Positions 31,186 to 43,317 of a stretch of 64,000 nucleotides of DNA are shown one piece after another (within the stretch, counting starts at the first letter, position 1; each line of letters begins with the position of its first letter). This stretch comes from Escherichia coli (GTDB taxonomy: Bacteria > Pseudomonadota > Gammaproteobacteria > Enterobacterales > Enterobacteriaceae). Location: assembly GCF_044324875.1 (NCBI RefSeq), contig NZ_CP172185.1; one strand, written 5' to 3'. The translations under genes were made by a program, and so were the position numbers. The notes beneath the pieces are model-generated. The model saw nothing but the letters and a program-made list of their open reading frames with translations, was not told the origin of the DNA and made no database searches.

Positions 31186-31312
31186 ATGTGCCACATCCGG
31201 CATGGTATGCCGGATGTGGCGTATGCAGATAAGACGCGTCAGCGTCGCATCAGGCAACCGGCTCGGGCGTTAGATGTCGGATGCGGCGTGACCGCCTTAT
31301 CTGACCTACGGG
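31186..31312. repeat. Terminator-like palindrome plus REP element downstream of mqo
   Basis: Palindrome gccacatccggcatggtatgccggatgtggc followed by a REP-like unit (…gccttatctgacctacg). Confidence 0.7.
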
Positions 31313-31332
31313 GTGCCGCACTTCACGGCAGT

Positions 31333-31821
31333 TTAGCGAACTACCGCGTTGTCAATTTTCTCTTCCGCCTTCCAGATGCGGTATTTCACATCCACATTGT
31401 CTGGCGTATACACCACGATAGGCAGCTTGCTGTTGTAACGCAGCATTCCAGCATCGCCCAGATACGCGGTGACAAATTTCTTCTCTTTCTTGCCATCCGG
31501 GCAGGCCATCATCGTCGAAACCGGGGAACTGACTTTATCAAAGACATAATAATCATAGCCCCAGCCTTCCAGCGTTTTGCTTTCCAGCTTCCCGCCGAGA
31601 CGATGCAAATTGCAATCGACTTCCAGCGTCTGACCGATTAACAGTTCTACTTTCAGGGTAGATTCATCTTCTTGCGGGGTTAACTGAATCACCTGACGCT
31701 TCATGCCTTTTTCAGCTTGCGGATAAGGAGCGATTTTTTCCAGTGGCTGGACGCTCTCTGCCGCCCAGGCGGAGGTGGTGGCGAAAGCGGCAAACAATAC
31801 TGCAGGTAGAATGGTCTTCAT
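31333..31821 (-). CDS. eco: Ecotin, periplasmic serine protease inhibitor
   Basis: 162 aa; signal peptide [20 protein letters not shown]; ecotin fold. Confidence 0.95.
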   Translation of the reverse strand: MKTILPAVLFAAFATTSAWAAESVQPLEKIAPYPQAEKGMKRQVIQLTPQEDESTLKVELLIGQTLEVDCNLHRLGGKLESKTLEGWGYDYYVFDKVSSPVSTMMACPDGKKEKKFVTAYLGDAGMLRYNSKLPIVVYTPDNVDVKYRIWKAEEKIDNAVVR

Positions 31822-32078
31822 TTTTGCTTTCCTTCTTCATTTATAGGTTTTCACCGATGATGTCGCTGAAGGTTAACATATTCATCAGATTTATTAATTT
31901 GCTTTATGAATAACTTAAAGAACATTCAGATAATTTTACCTGCTCTTTTAGTGTTAAATTCTGATGAGAGAGCAAACCAACAGAAATATTTCTGGTGAAT
32001 TAATCGCTATATAAATATGTTTATAACCATTTGAAATGTGAGCAAAAGCCCGTTTTTGCCACGCTTCCCGCCACTCTT

Positions 32079-32113
32079 TTGATCCTGCTACAGGTTTTAC
32101 CCCGATCGGGGTA
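32079..32113 (+). promoter_or_regulatory. napF promoter: candidate FNR half-site plus NarP/NarL 7-2-7 site
   Basis: ttgatcctgctaca (FNR-like) centred ~20 bp upstream of the perfect inverted heptamer pair taccccg-at-cggggta. Confidence 0.65.
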
Positions 32114-32226
32114 TGCATCTTTGACACATCCTTTAATATCTTAGCGGCTATAAAAATGGCTTATTAATTATGCGGTTTATTTGGTCGCTCTCAATTTTCA
32201 GAGCGCGTTAATGATGGAAGGTCAAT

Positions 32227-32721
32227 GTGAAGATTGATGCATCCCGTCGGGGCATACTCACTGGTCGCTGGCGCAAAGCCAGTAACGGTATCCGTCCGCC
32301 CTGGTCCGGTGATGAATCTCATTTTCTGACCCATTGCACCCGCTGCGACGCCTGTATTAATGCTTGTGAAAACAACATTCTGCAACGCGGCGCGGGCGGC
32401 TATCCGAGCGTTAACTTCAAAAATAACGAGTGCAGCTTCTGTTACGCCTGCGCGCAGGCTTGCCCCGAATCGCTATTTTCTCCGCGCCACACCAGGGCCT
32501 GGGATTTGCAGTTCACCATTGGGGACGCGTGCCTGGCGTATCAGTCAGTTGAATGCCGCCGCTGTCAGGATAGCTGTGAGCCAATGGCAATTATCTTTCG
32601 CCCGACGCTCTCCGGGATCTACCAGCCGCAACTTAATAGCCAACTTTGCAACGGATGTGGAGCATGTGCAGCCAGCTGTCCGGTATCAGCCATAACTGCG
32701 GAGTATCTCCATGCACACTAA
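32227..32721 (+). CDS. napF: Ferredoxin-type protein NapF
   Basis: 164 aa; multiple CxxCxxCxxxCP 4Fe-4S motifs. Confidence 0.93.
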   Translation: MKIDASRRGILTGRWRKASNGIRPPWSGDESHFLTHCTRCDACINACENNILQRGAGGYPSVNFKNNECSFCYACAQACPESLFSPRHTRAWDLQFTIGDACLAYQSVECRRCQDSCEPMAIIFRPTLSGIYQPQLNSQLCNGCGACAASCPVSAITAEYLHAH

Positions 32722-32974
32722 CTGGCAAGTTTGCAGCCTGGTCGTGCAGGCCAAAAGCGAACGAATTTCAGACATCAGCACCCAACTGAACGCCTTTCCC
32801 GGCTGTGAAGTTGCTGTCAGCGACGCGCCGAGCGGTCAGTTGATTGTGGTGGTGGAAGCAGAAGACAGCGAAACGCTGATTCAAACCATTGAGTCAGTAC
32901 GCAACGTAGAGGGCGTGCTGGCGGTGTCGCTGGTTTATCACCAGCAGGAAGAGCAAGGTGAGGAAACACCATGA
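32711..32974 (+). CDS. napD: NapA chaperone NapD
   Basis: 87 aa; overlaps napF and napA ends. Confidence 0.9.
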   Translation: MHTNWQVCSLVVQAKSERISDISTQLNAFPGCEVAVSDAPSGQLIVVVEAEDSETLIQTIESVRNVEGVLAVSLVYHQQEEQGEETP

Positions 32975-35457
32975 AACTCAGTCGTCGTAGCTTTATGAAA
33001 GCTAACGCCGTTGCGGCCGCTGCGGCGGCTGCCGGTCTCAGCGTGCCGGGCGTTGCCCGCGCCGTTGTTGGTCAGCAGGAAGCCATTAAATGGGATAAAG
33101 CGCCGTGCCGTTTCTGCGGTACTGGTTGCGGCGTTCTGGTCGGAACGCAGCAGGGGCGTGTGGTGGCCTGTCAGGGCGACCCGGACGCACCGGTTAACCG
33201 TGGTCTGAACTGCATTAAGGGCTATTTCCTGCCCAAAATCATGTACGGTAAAGACCGTTTGACGCAGCCGCTTCTGCGTATGAAAAACGGTAAATATGAC
33301 AAAGAAGGCGAATTTACCCCAATCACCTGGGATCAAGCCTTCGATGTGATGGAAGAGAAATTCAAAACCGCCCTGAAAGAAAAAGGGCCGGAATCGATCG
33401 GTATGTTCGGTTCTGGTCAGTGGACTATCTGGGAAGGTTATGCCGCGTCCAAGCTGTTCAAAGCGGGCTTCCGTTCGAACAACATCGACCCGAACGCGCG
33501 TCACTGTATGGCGTCGGCGGTAGTTGGCTTTATGCGTACCTTTGGTATGGATGAGCCGATGGGCTGCTATGACGACATCGAGCAGGCTGACGCGTTTGTG
33601 CTGTGGGGCGCAAACATGGCGGAGATGCACCCGATCCTCTGGTCGCGCATCACTAACCGTCGTCTCTCTAACCAGAACGTTACCGTGGCGGTGCTTTCTA
33701 CCTACCAGCATCGTAGCTTCGAGCTGGCAGATAACGGCATCATCTTTACGCCGCAATCTGACCTGGTGATCCTGAACTATATCGCCAACTATATCATTCA
33801 AAACAATGCGATAAATCAGGACTTCTTCAGCAAACACGTTAACCTGCGCAAAGGGGCGACGGACATCGGCTACGGTTTACGTCCGACCCATCCGCTGGAA
33901 AAAGCAGCGAAGAATCCAGGTTCTGACGCCTCCGAACCGATGAGCTTTGAAGATTACAAAGCCTTCGTTGCCGAGTATACGCTGGAAAAAACCGCCGAAA
34001 TGACTGGCGTACCAAAAGATCAGCTGGAACAACTGGCGCAGCTGTATGCCGATCCGAACAAGAAAGTCATCTCCTACTGGACGATGGGCTTCAACCAGCA
34101 TACTCGTGGCGTGTGGGCCAACAACCTGGTCTACAACCTGCACCTGCTGACCGGCAAAATTTCCCAGCCGGGTTGCGGTCCGTTCTCCCTGACCGGGCAG
34201 CCTTCCGCGTGTGGTACTGCGCGTGAAGTGGGCACCTTTGCTCACCGTCTGCCTGCGGACATGGTGGTGACTAACGAGAAACATCGTGATATCTGCGAGA
34301 AGAAGTGGAATATCCCGAGCGGCACCATTCCGGCGAAAATCGGTCTGCACGCGGTAGCACAAGACCGTGCGCTGAAAGACGGCAAGCTGAATGTTTACTG
34401 GACCATGTGTACCAATAACATGCAGGCCGGGCCGAACATCAATGAAGAGCGTATGCCGGGCTGGCGCGATCCGCGCAACTTTATCATCGTTTCCGATCCG
34501 TATCCGACAGTCAGTGCGCTGGCCGCCGACTTGATCCTGCCGACCGCAATGTGGGTAGAGAAAGAGGGGGCTTACGGTAACGCCGAACGCCGTACTCAGT
34601 TCTGGCGTCAGCAGGTACAGGCACCGGGCGAAGCGAAATCGGATCTCTGGCAGTTAGTCCAGTTCTCCCGCCGCTTCAAAACTGAAGAAGTATGGCCGGA
34701 AGAGCTGCTGGCGAAGAAACCGGAACTGCGTGGCAAAACGCTGTACGAAGTTCTGTATGCCACCCCGGAAGTGAGCAAATTCCCGCTATCCGAACTGGCG
34801 GAAGATCAGCTGAACGATGAATCCCGCGAGCTGGGCTTCTATCTGCAAAAAGGGCTGTTCGAAGAGTACGCATGGTTTGGTCGTGGTCACGGTCACGATC
34901 TGGCACCGTTCGATGATTACCACAAAGCACGCGGTCTGCGCTGGCCGGTAGTGAACGGTAAAGAAACGCAGTGGCGTTACAGCGAAGGTAACGACCCATA
35001 CGTGAAAGCGGGCGAAGGCTACAAGTTCTACGGTAAACCGGATGGCAAAGCGGTGATCTTCGCGCTGCCGTTCGAACCGGCGGCGGAGGCACCGGATGAA
35101 GAGTACGACCTGTGGCTCTCTACCGGACGCGTCCTGGAGCACTGGCATACCGGCAGTATGACTCGCCGTGTACCGGAACTGCACCGTGCCTTCCCGGAAG
35201 CGGTCCTGTTTATTCACCCGTTGGATGCGAAAGCGCGCGATCTGCGCCGTGGCGACAAAGTGAAAGTGGTTTCTCGCCGTGGCGAAGTGATCTCGATTGT
35301 CGAAACGCGCGGTCGTAACCGTCCGCCGCAGGGCCTGGTGTACATGCCGTTCTTCGACGCCGCACAGCTGGTTAACAAACTGACGCTGGATGCGACCGAT
35401 CCGCTCTCGAAAGAGACGGACTTCAAGAAGTGCGCGGTCAAACTGGAGAAGGTGTAA
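32971..35457 (+). CDS. napA: Periplasmic nitrate reductase catalytic subunit NapA
   Basis: 828 aa; twin-arginine signal ([19 protein letters not shown]); molybdopterin oxidoreductase. Confidence 0.97.
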   Translation: MKLSRRSFMKANAVAAAAAAAGLSVPGVARAVVGQQEAIKWDKAPCRFCGTGCGVLVGTQQGRVVACQGDPDAPVNRGLNCIKGYFLPKIMYGKDRLTQPLLRMKNGKYDKEGEFTPITWDQAFDVMEEKFKTALKEKGPESIGMFGSGQWTIWEGYAASKLFKAGFRSNNIDPNARHCMASAVVGFMRTFGMDEPMGCYDDIEQADAFVLWGANMAEMHPILWSRITNRRLSNQNVTVAVLSTYQHRSFELADNGIIFTPQSDLVILNYIANYIIQNNAINQDFFSKHVNLRKGATDIGYGLRPTHPLEKAAKNPGSDASEPMSFEDYKAFVAEYTLEKTAEMTGVPKDQLEQLAQLYADPNKKVISYWTMGFNQHTRGVWANNLVYNLHLLTGKISQPGCGPFSLTGQPSACGTAREVGTFAHRLPADMVVTNEKHRDICEKKWNIPSGTIPAKIGLHAVAQDRALKDGKLNVYWTMCTNNMQAGPNINEERMPGWRDPRNFIIVSDPYPTVSALAADLILPTAMWVEKEGAYGNAERRTQFWRQQVQAPGEAKSDLWQLVQFSRRFKTEEVWPEELLAKKPELRGKTLYEVLYATPEVSKFPLSELAEDQLNDESRELGFYLQKGLFEEYAWFGRGHGHDLAPFDDYHKARGLRWPVVNGKETQWRYSEGNDPYVKAGEGYKFYGKPDGKAVIFALPFEPAAEAPDEEYDLWLSTGRVLEHWHTGSMTRRVPELHRAFPEAVLFIHPLDAKARDLRRGDKVKVVSRRGEVISIVETRGRNRPPQGLVYMPFFDAAQLVNKLTLDATDPLSKETDFKKCAVKLEKV

Positions 35458-35463
35458 GCCATT

Positions 35464-36159
35464 ATGTCCCGGTCAGCGAAACCTCAAAATGGTCGCCGCC
35501 GCTTTCTGCGCGATGTCGTTCGCACAGCTGGCGGGCTGGCTGCCGTGGGTGTGGCGCTGGGGTTACAACAGCAAACCGCACGCGCATCTGGCGTGCGGTT
35601 GCGCCCGCCCGGAGCCATAAACGAGAACGCCTTTGCCAGTGCCTGTGTGCGTTGCGGTCAGTGTGTTCAGGCGTGCCCTTACGACACCTTAAAACTGGCG
35701 ACGCTGGCCTCTGGTCTGTCGGCGGGCACGCCATATTTTGTCGCACGGGATATTCCTTGCGAAATGTGTGAGGACATTCCGTGCGCCAAAGTGTGCCCGA
35801 GCGGTGCGCTGGATCGTGAGATCGAATCGATCGACGACGCGCGGATGGGGCTGGCGGTACTGGTGGACCAGGAAAACTGTCTCAACTTTCAGGGGCTGCG
35901 CTGCGATGTTTGTTATCGCGAATGCCCGAAAATTGATGAGGCAATCACCCTGGAACTGGAGCGCAACACGCGTACCGGTAAGCACGCCCGCTTTCTGCCG
36001 ACGGTTCACAGCGACGCCTGTACCGGTTGCGGTAAGTGCGAAAAAGTGTGCGTGCTGGAACAACCGGCAATCAAGGTGTTACCGCTGTCACTGGCGAAAG
36101 GGGAGTTAGGTCACCATTACCGCTTCGGCTGGCTGGAGGGGAACAATGGCAAATCGTAA
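35464..36159 (+). CDS. napG: Ferredoxin-type protein NapG
   Basis: 231 aa; Tat signal ([18 protein letters not shown]); four Cys clusters. Confidence 0.93.
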
Positions 36160-37009
36160 ACGTGACGCCGGGCGCGAGGCGCTGGAGAAAAAAGGCTGGT
36201 GGCGCAGTCACCGTTGGCTGGTGTTACGTCGCCTTTGTCAGTTCTTCGTGCTGGGGATGTTTTTGAGCGGTCCGTGGTTTGGTGTGTGGATCTTGCACGG
36301 CAACTACAGCAGTAGCCTGTTATTCGACACCGTTCCACTGACCGATCCGCTGATGACGCTGCAAAGCCTTGCCAGCGGTCATCTGCCTGCCACGGTAGCG
36401 CTGACTGGTGCGGTGATTATCACCGTGCTCTACGCCCTGGCAGGAAAGCGATTATTTTGCAGCTGGGTCTGCCCGCTGAACCCGATTACCGACTTAGCGA
36501 ACTGGTTACGCAGGCGCTTTGACCTCAATCAGTCTGCGACGATCCCTCGCCACATTCGCTACGTGCTGTTGGTGGTCATTCTGCTGGGATCGGCCTTAAC
36601 CGGCACACTCATCTGGGAATGGATCAACCCCGTTTCCCTGATGGGGCGCAGTCTGGTAATGGGATTCGGCAGCGGCGCGCTGCTTATTCTCGCGCTGTTT
36701 TTATTTGATCTACTGGTCGTTGAACACGGCTGGTGCGGGCACATTTGTCCGGTTGGCGCGCTGTATGGCGTGCTGGGTAGCAAAGGTGTCATTACCGTTG
36801 CGGCCACCGATCGGCAGAAATGTAACCGCTGTATGGATTGTTTTCATGTTTGCCCGGAACCGCATGTGCTACGTGCCCCGGTGCTGGATGAACAAAGCCC
36901 GGTGCAGGTCACCAGCCGCGATTGCATGACGTGCGGTCGCTGCGTGGATGTCTGTTCTGAGGATGTATTTACAATAACTACACGATGGAGTTCGGGAGCG
37001 AAATCATGA
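36146..37009 (+). CDS. napH: Membrane-bound ferredoxin-type protein NapH
   Basis: 287 aa; transmembrane helices plus C-terminal CxxCxxC clusters. Confidence 0.93.
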
Positions 37010-37455
37010 AAAGCCATGACCTGAAGAAAGCGCTGTGTCAATGGACGGCGATGCTGGCCCTGGTGGTGAGCGGCGCGGTTTGGGCGGCTAATGGCGTCGA
37101 TTTTAGCCAGTCGCCGGAAGTATCCGGGACGCAGGAAGGGGCCATTCGGATGCCAAAAGAGCAGGATCGGATGCCGCTGAACTATGTGAATCAGCCGCCA
37201 ATGATCCCGCATAGCGTTGAAGGTTATCAGGTAACGACCAATACCAACCGCTGCTTGCAGTGCCACGGTGTCGAAAGCTATCGCACCACTGGCGCGCCGC
37301 GCATCAGTCCTACTCACTTTATGGACAGCGACGGCAAAGTGGGCGCGGAAGTGGCTCCGCGTCGTTATTTCTGTCTGCAATGTCACGTACCGCAGGCCGA
37401 TACCGCGCCAATCGTGGGGAATACCTTTACCCCATCAAAAGGTTACGGGAAATAA
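37006..37455 (+). CDS. napB: Periplasmic nitrate reductase di-haem cytochrome c subunit NapB
   Basis: Start at MKSHDLKKA (ATGA overlap with napH stop); two CxxCH motifs (CLQCH x2); ORF-track start at 36985 rejected. Confidence 0.93.
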   Translation: MKSHDLKKALCQWTAMLALVVSGAVWAANGVDFSQSPEVSGTQEGAIRMPKEQDRMPLNYVNQPPMIPHSVEGYQVTTNTNRCLQCHGVESYRTTGAPRISPTHFMDSDGKVGAEVAPRRYFCLQCHVPQADTAPIVGNTFTPSKGYGK

Positions 37456-37464
37456 GAGGTTATT

Positions 37465-38067
37465 ATGGGAAATTCTGACCGTAAGCCTGGTCTGATTAAG
37501 CGCCTGTGGAAATGGTGGCGTACCCCCAGCCGTCTGGCGCTGGGGACGCTGCTGTTGATCGGCTTTGTTGGCGGCATCGTCTTCTGGGGCGGCTTTAACA
37601 CCGGGATGGAAAAAGCCAATACCGAAGAGTTCTGCATTAGCTGCCACGAAATGCGTAACACGGTGTATCAGGAATACATGGATTCCGTGCACTACAACAA
37701 CCGTAGCGGCGTTCGTGCGACCTGTCCGGATTGTCACGTTCCGCACGAGTTTGTGCCGAAGATGATACGCAAGCTCAAAGCAAGTAAAGAGCTGTATGGT
37801 AAAATTTTTGGCGTTATTGACACGCCGCAGAAATTTGAAGCTCATCGCCTGACGATGGCACAGAATGAGTGGCGGCGCATGAAGGACAATAACTCGCAGG
37901 AGTGCCGTAACTGTCACAACTTCGAGTATATGGATACAACCGCCCAGAAATCGGTTGCCGCGAAGATGCATGACCAGGCGGTGAAAGATGGGCAAACCTG
38001 TATTGATTGCCATAAAGGGATAGCGCACAAGCTGCCCGATATGCGCGAAGTCGAGCCAGGTTTTTAA
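37465..38067 (+). CDS. napC: Membrane-anchored tetra-haem cytochrome c NapC
   Basis: 200 aa; four CxxCH motifs (CISCH, CPDCH, CRNCH, CIDCH). Confidence 0.95.
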   Translation: MGNSDRKPGLIKRLWKWWRTPSRLALGTLLLIGFVGGIVFWGGFNTGMEKANTEEFCISCHEMRNTVYQEYMDSVHYNNRSGVRATCPDCHVPHEFVPKMIRKLKASKELYGKIFGVIDTPQKFEAHRLTMAQNEWRRMKDNNSQECRNCHNFEYMDTTAQKSVAAKMHDQAVKDGQTCIDCHKGIAHKLPDMREVEPGF

Positions 38068-38079
38068 CAGGGTTATTGC

Positions 38080-38703
38080 GTGGGTATGCTTGAAGCCAGA
38101 GAGTTACTTTGCGAGCGGGATGAACGAACCTTATTTAGTGGCTTGTCATTTACGCTGAACGCAGGAGAGTGGGTACAAATCACCGGTAGCAACGGCGCGG
38201 GGAAGACAACGCTTCTCCGTTTGCTGACGGGGTTGTCTCGCCCTGATGCGGGTGACGTTCTCTGGCAAGGGCAGCCCTTGCATCAGGTACGCGACAGCTA
38301 CCATCAAAACCTGTTATGGATAGGCCATCAGCCGGGGATCAAAACCCGGCTGACGGCGTTAGAAAATCTGCACTTTTATCATCGCGATGGCGATACCGCA
38401 CAATGTCTGGAAGCCCTGGCGCAGGCTGGGCTTGCCGGATTCGAAGATATTCCGGTAAATCAACTTTCTGCCGGGCAACAACGCCGCGTCGCTTTAGCGC
38501 GTCTGTGGCTGACCCGTGCCACGTTATGGATCCTCGACGAGCCTTTTACCGCGATTGACGTTAACGGCGTCGATCGTCTGACCCAGCGTATGGCGCAGCA
38601 TACGGAGCAGGGGGGGATTGTGATTCTGACTACCCACCAGCCGCTCAACGTTGCTGAAAGTAAAATTCGCCGCATTTCACTGACGCAAACGAGGGCCGCA
38701 TGA
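38080..38703 (+). CDS. ccmA: Cytochrome c maturation ABC ATPase CcmA
   Basis: 207 aa; Walker [10 protein letters not shown]. Confidence 0.93.
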   Translation: MGMLEARELLCERDERTLFSGLSFTLNAGEWVQITGSNGAGKTTLLRLLTGLSRPDAGDVLWQGQPLHQVRDSYHQNLLWIGHQPGIKTRLTALENLHFYHRDGDTAQCLEALAQAGLAGFEDIPVNQLSAGQQRRVALARLWLTRATLWILDEPFTAIDVNGVDRLTQRMAQHTEQGGIVILTTHQPLNVAESKIRRISLTQTRAA

Positions 38704-39362
38704 TGTTCTGGCGCATTTTCCGTCTTGAGCTGCGCGTAGCGTTTCGCCACAGCGCCGAAATCGCCAACCCGCTGTGGTTCTTCCTGATTGTCATTACCCT
38801 TTTTCCGCTCAGTATCGGTCCGGAGCCGCAACTGCTGGCGCGTATTGCACCGGGCGTTATCTGGGTTGCTGCGCTGCTTTCATCCTTGCTGGCACTGGAG
38901 CGTCTGTTCCGTGACGATTTGCAGGACGGCAGTCTTGAACAATTGATGTTGTTGCCGTTACCCTTGCCCGCCGTTGTGCTGGCGAAGGTGATGGCGCACT
39001 GGATGGTAACCGGTCTGCCGTTACTCGTCCTTTCGCCACTGGTAGCAATGCTACTGGGAATGGATGTTTATGGCTGGCAAGTGATGGCGCTGACGCTGCT
39101 GCTGGGAACGCCTACGCTTGGCTTTCTCGGTGCACCGGGCGTGGCGCTGACAGTGGGACTTAAGCGCGGTGGTGTGCTGCTCAGCATACTGGTGTTACCG
39201 CTGACTATCCCATTACTCATCTTTGCCACCGCCGCGATGGACGCGGCTTCCATGCATTTGCCCGTTGACGGGTATCTGGCAATTTTAGGCGCGTTGCTGG
39301 CAGGCACCGCGACATTAAGTCCTTTTGCGACGGCGGCAGCGTTACGAATCAGCATTCAATAA
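38700..39362 (+). CDS. ccmB: Haem exporter permease CcmB
   Basis: 220 aa polytopic membrane protein; 4-bp overlap with ccmA. Confidence 0.93.
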   Translation: MMFWRIFRLELRVAFRHSAEIANPLWFFLIVITLFPLSIGPEPQLLARIAPGVIWVAALLSSLLALERLFRDDLQDGSLEQLMLLPLPLPAVVLAKVMAHWMVTGLPLLVLSPLVAMLLGMDVYGWQVMALTLLLGTPTLGFLGAPGVALTVGLKRGGVLLSILVLPLTIPLLIFATAAMDAASMHLPVDGYLAILGALLAGTATLSPFATAAALRISIQ

Positions 39363-39403
39363 CGCTGGATTACTGATTTTTGTTCGAGTCTGGTATCGAA
39401 ACT

Positions 39404-40141
39404 ATGTGGAAAACACTGCATCAACTGGCGATCCCACCACGGCTGTATCAAATCTGTGGCTGGTTTATACCGTGGCTGGCAATTGCCAGTGTGGTCGTGC
39501 TTACCGTTGGCTGGATCTGGGGATTCGGCTTTGCTCCGGCTGATTATCAGCAGGGAAATAGCTACCGCATTATCTACCTGCATGTGCCTGCGGCGATCTG
39601 GTCGATGGGCATTTATGCATCAATGGCGGTGGCGGCGTTTATTGGCCTTGTCTGGCAGATGAAAATGGCCAACCTGGCGGTGGCGGCGATGGCCCCCATT
39701 GGTGCCGTGTTTACCTTTATTGCCCTGGTTACCGGCTCTGCATGGGGAAAACCGATGTGGGGCACTTGGTGGGTATGGGACGCACGCCTGACTTCTGAAC
39801 TGGTGCTGCTGTTTCTGTATGTTGGTGTAATTGCCCTGTGGCACGCCTTCGACGACCGCCGTCTGGCGGGCCGTGCGGCAGGTATCCTGGTGCTGATTGG
39901 CGTGGTGAATCTGCCGATTATTCATTACTCCGTGGAGTGGTGGAACACCCTGCATCAGGGATCAACGCGAATGCAGCAAAGTATCGATCCGGCGATGCGT
40001 TCGCCGCTGCGCTGGTCGATTTTTGGCTTCTTGCTGCTGTCTGCCACGCTGACGCTGATGCGGATGCGTAATTTAATTTTGCTGATGGAAAAACGCCGTC
40101 CGTGGGTGAGTGAACTGATACTGAAAAGAGGCCGTAAATGA
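39404..40141 (+). CDS. ccmC: Haem export protein CcmC
   Basis: Start at MWKTLHQLAIPP (245 aa); WWD motif WGTWWVWDARLTSE; ORF-track start at 39380 rejected. Confidence 0.93.
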   Translation: MWKTLHQLAIPPRLYQICGWFIPWLAIASVVVLTVGWIWGFGFAPADYQQGNSYRIIYLHVPAAIWSMGIYASMAVAAFIGLVWQMKMANLAVAAMAPIGAVFTFIALVTGSAWGKPMWGTWWVWDARLTSELVLLFLYVGVIALWHAFDDRRLAGRAAGILVLIGVVNLPIIHYSVEWWNTLHQGSTRMQQSIDPAMRSPLRWSIFGFLLLSATLTLMRMRNLILLMEKRRPWVSELILKRGRK

Positions 40142-40347
40142 CCCCTGCATTTGCTTCCTGGAATGAATTTTTCGCAATGGGCGGTTACGCCTTTTTTGTC
40201 TGGCTGGCGGTGGTGATGACCGTTATTCCGCTGGTGGTTTTGGTCGTGCACTCGGTGATGCAGCATCGCGCAATTCTGCGTGGCGTGGCGCAACAGCGGG
40301 CGCGTGAGGCGCGTTTACGTGCTGCGCAACAGCAGGAGGCTGCATGA
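40138..40347 (+). CDS. ccmD: Cytochrome c maturation protein CcmD
   Basis: 69 aa single-TM protein; overlaps ccmC and ccmE ends. Confidence 0.9.
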
Positions 40348-40823
40348 ATATTCGCCGTAAAAACCGCTTGTGGATTGCCTGTGCCGTGTTGGCAGGGCTG
40401 GCGCTGACTATCGGTCTGGTGCTGTATGCGCTGCGCTCGAATATCGATCTCTTTTATACGCCGGGGGAAATTCTCTACGGCAAGCGTGAAACTCAGCAGA
40501 TGCCGGAAGTCGGTCAGCGTCTGCGCGTTGGCGGGATGGTGATGCCGGGTAGTGTGCAGCGCGATCCCAATTCGCTAAAAGTAACTTTCACCATTTACGA
40601 CGCTGAAGGTTCAGTAGATGTCTCTTACGAAGGCATTTTGCCGGATCTGTTCCGTGAAGGGCAGGGCGTTGTGGTGCAGGGCGAACTGGAAAAAGGCAAT
40701 CATATCCTCGCGAAAGAAGTGCTGGCGAAACACGACGAAAACTACACGCCGCCAGAAGTTGAGAAAGCGATGGAAGCCAATCACCGTCGCCCGGCGAGTG
40801 TTTATAAGGACCCAGCATCATGA
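40344..40823 (+). CDS. ccmE: Haem chaperone CcmE
   Basis: 159 aa; N-terminal membrane anchor; conserved C-terminal region ([13 protein letters not shown]). Confidence 0.93.
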
Positions 40824-42763
40824 TGCCGGAAATTGGTAACGGGCTGCTGTGCCTGGCGCTGGGAATTGCGCTGCTGCTGTCCGTGTATCCGCTATGGGGC
40901 GTAGCGCGCGGAGATGCGCGCATGATGGCGTCTTCCCGCTTGTTTGCCTGGCTGCTGTTTATGTCTGTGGCTGGCGCATTTCTGGTACTGGTCAATGCCT
41001 TCGTGGTCAACGACTTTACCGTCACCTATGTTGCCAGCAACTCCAATACCCAGCTTCCGGTGTGGTATCGCGTGGCGGCTACCTGGGGCGCACATGAAGG
41101 TTCGCTTCTGCTGTGGGTGCTGCTGATGAGCGGCTGGACCTTTGCGGTGGCGATTTTTAGTCAGCGTATTCCGCTGGATATTGTGGCCCGCGTACTGGCG
41201 ATAATGGGGATGGTCAGCGTCGGCTTTTTGCTGTTCATTCTCTTTACCTCTAACCCGTTCTCACGCACGTTGCCGAACTTCCCGATTGAAGGTCGCGATC
41301 TTAACCCGCTGTTACAGGATCCGGGGCTGATCTTCCATCCGCCTCTGCTTTATATGGGGTACGTCGGCTTCTCGGTGGCGTTTGCTTTTGCCATTGCTTC
41401 TTTGTTGAGCGGGCGTCTGGACAGCACTTATGCGCGTTTTACTCGTCCGTGGACACTGGCAGCGTGGATCTTCCTGACGCTCGGCATCGTGCTCGGTTCC
41501 GCATGGGCCTATTACGAACTCGGCTGGGGCGGCTGGTGGTTCTGGGATCCGGTAGAAAACGCCTCGTTTATGCCGTGGCTGGTGGGGACTGCGCTGATGC
41601 ACTCACTGGCGGTCACTGAACAACGCGCCAGCTTCAAAGCGTGGACATTACTGCTGGCAATCAGTGCCTTCTCGTTGTGTCTGTTGGGGACTTTCCTCGT
41701 GCGTTCCGGCGTGCTGGTATCGGTACACGCGTTTGCCTCTGATCCGGCGCGCGGTATGTTTATCCTCGCCTTTATGGTGCTGGTGATTGGTGGTTCGCTG
41801 CTGCTGTTTGCCGCGCGTGGACACAAAGTTCGCTCACGCGTAAACAATGCGCTGTGGTCGCGGGAATCTCTGCTGTTAGCGAACAACGTTTTGCTGGTCG
41901 CCGCGATGCTGGTGGTATTACTGGGGACGCTGCTGCCGCTGGTGCACAAGCAACTGGGACTGGGCAGTATTTCGATTGGCGAACCGTTCTTCAACACCAT
42001 GTTTACCTGGCTGATGGTGCCGTTTGCGCTGCTGCTTGGTGTCGGTCCTCTGGTGCGCTGGGGGCGCGATCGCCCACGTAAAATCCGCAATTTATTGATT
42101 ATCGCCTTCATCTCAACGCTGGTGCTGTCGCTGCTGCTGCCGTGGCTGTTCGAAAGCAAAGTTGTGGCGATGACGGTGCTCGGCCTGGCAATGGCCTGCT
42201 GGATTGCGGTGCTGGCAATTGCGGAAGCTGCGCTGCGTATTTCACTTGGCACGAAAACCACCTTCAGTTATTGGGGAATGGTGGCGGCTCACCTGGGGCT
42301 GGCAGTGACAATTGTTGGTATTGCCTTTAGCCAGAACTATAGCGTTGAGCGTGATGTGCGCATGAAGTCCGGCGATAGTGTCGATATTCATGAATATCGC
42401 TTCACCTTCCGTGATGTCAAAGAGGTGACTGGCCCGAACTGGCGCGGCGGTGTGGCGACTATCGGCGTAACGCGCGATGGCAAGCCGGAAACGGTGCTGT
42501 ATGCGGAAAAACGTTATTACAACACTGCCGGGTCGATGATGACCGAAGCGGCAATTGACGGCGGCATCACGCGTGACCTGTACGCCGCGCTCGGTGAAGA
42601 GCTGGAAAACGGCGCGTGGGCCGTGCGTCTTTACTACAAACCGTTTGTTCGCTGGATTTGGGCGGGCGGGCTGATGATGGCATTGGGCGGGCTGCTGTGC
42701 CTGTTTGATCCTCGCTATCGTAAGCGCGTGAACCCGCAGAAAACTGCGCCGGAGGCTGTATGA
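40820..42763 (+). CDS. ccmF: Cytochrome c-type biogenesis protein CcmF
   Basis: 647 aa; WWD-type motif [14 protein letters not shown]. Confidence 0.95.
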
Positions 42764-43317
42764 AGCGCAAAGTATTGTTAATTCCTTTGATTATTTTCCT
42801 GGCGATTGCCGCGGCGCTGCTGTGGCAGCTGGCGCGTAATGCCGAAGGGGATGATCCGACCAATCTGGAATCGGCGCTCATTGGCAAGCCCGTGCCGAAG
42901 TTTCGCCTCGAATCACTGGACAATCCGGGGCAGTTTTATCAGGCGGATGTTCTGACTCAGGGCAAACCGGTGCTGCTTAACGTCTGGGCGACCTGGTGTC
43001 CGACCTGCCGTGCGGAACATCAATATCTGAATCAGCTTTCTGCGCAGGGCATCCGCGTGGTCGGCATGAACTATAAAGACGATCGCCAGAAGGCAATCAG
43101 CTGGCTGAAAGAGCTGGGCAATCCTTACGCACTAAGCCTGTTTGATGGCGACGGCATGTTAGGACTGGATCTCGGTGTCTATGGCGCGCCAGAAACGTTC
43201 CTCATCGACGGCAACGGCATCATTCGCTATCGCCATGCGGGCGATCTCAATCCTCGCGTCTGGGAAGAAGAGATCAAGCCGCTGTGGGAGAAATACAGTA
43301 AGGAGGCCGCACAATGA
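42760..43317 (+). CDS. ccmG: Thiol:disulfide interchange protein CcmG (DsbE)
   Basis: 185 aa; thioredoxin motif WCPTC. Confidence 0.95.
   Translation: MKRKVLLIPLIIFLAIAAALLWQLARNAEGDDPTNLESALIGKPVPKFRLESLDNPGQFYQADVLTQGKPVLLNVWATWCPTCRAEHQYLNQLSAQGIRVVGMNYKDDRQKAISWLKELGNPYALSLFDGDGMLGLDLGVYGAPETFLIDGNGIIRYRHAGDLNPRVWEEEIKPLWEKYSKEAAQ

Noticed and set aside
32938-33837. 299-aa antisense ORF inside napA (also antisense ORFs at 41512..42261 in ccmF, 37435..38028 in napC, 36844..37386 in napH/napB)
   Set aside because: All lie opposite well-supported conserved genes with diagnostic motifs; translations are Arg/His-rich and low-complexity, as expected from reverse-strand reading of coding DNA.
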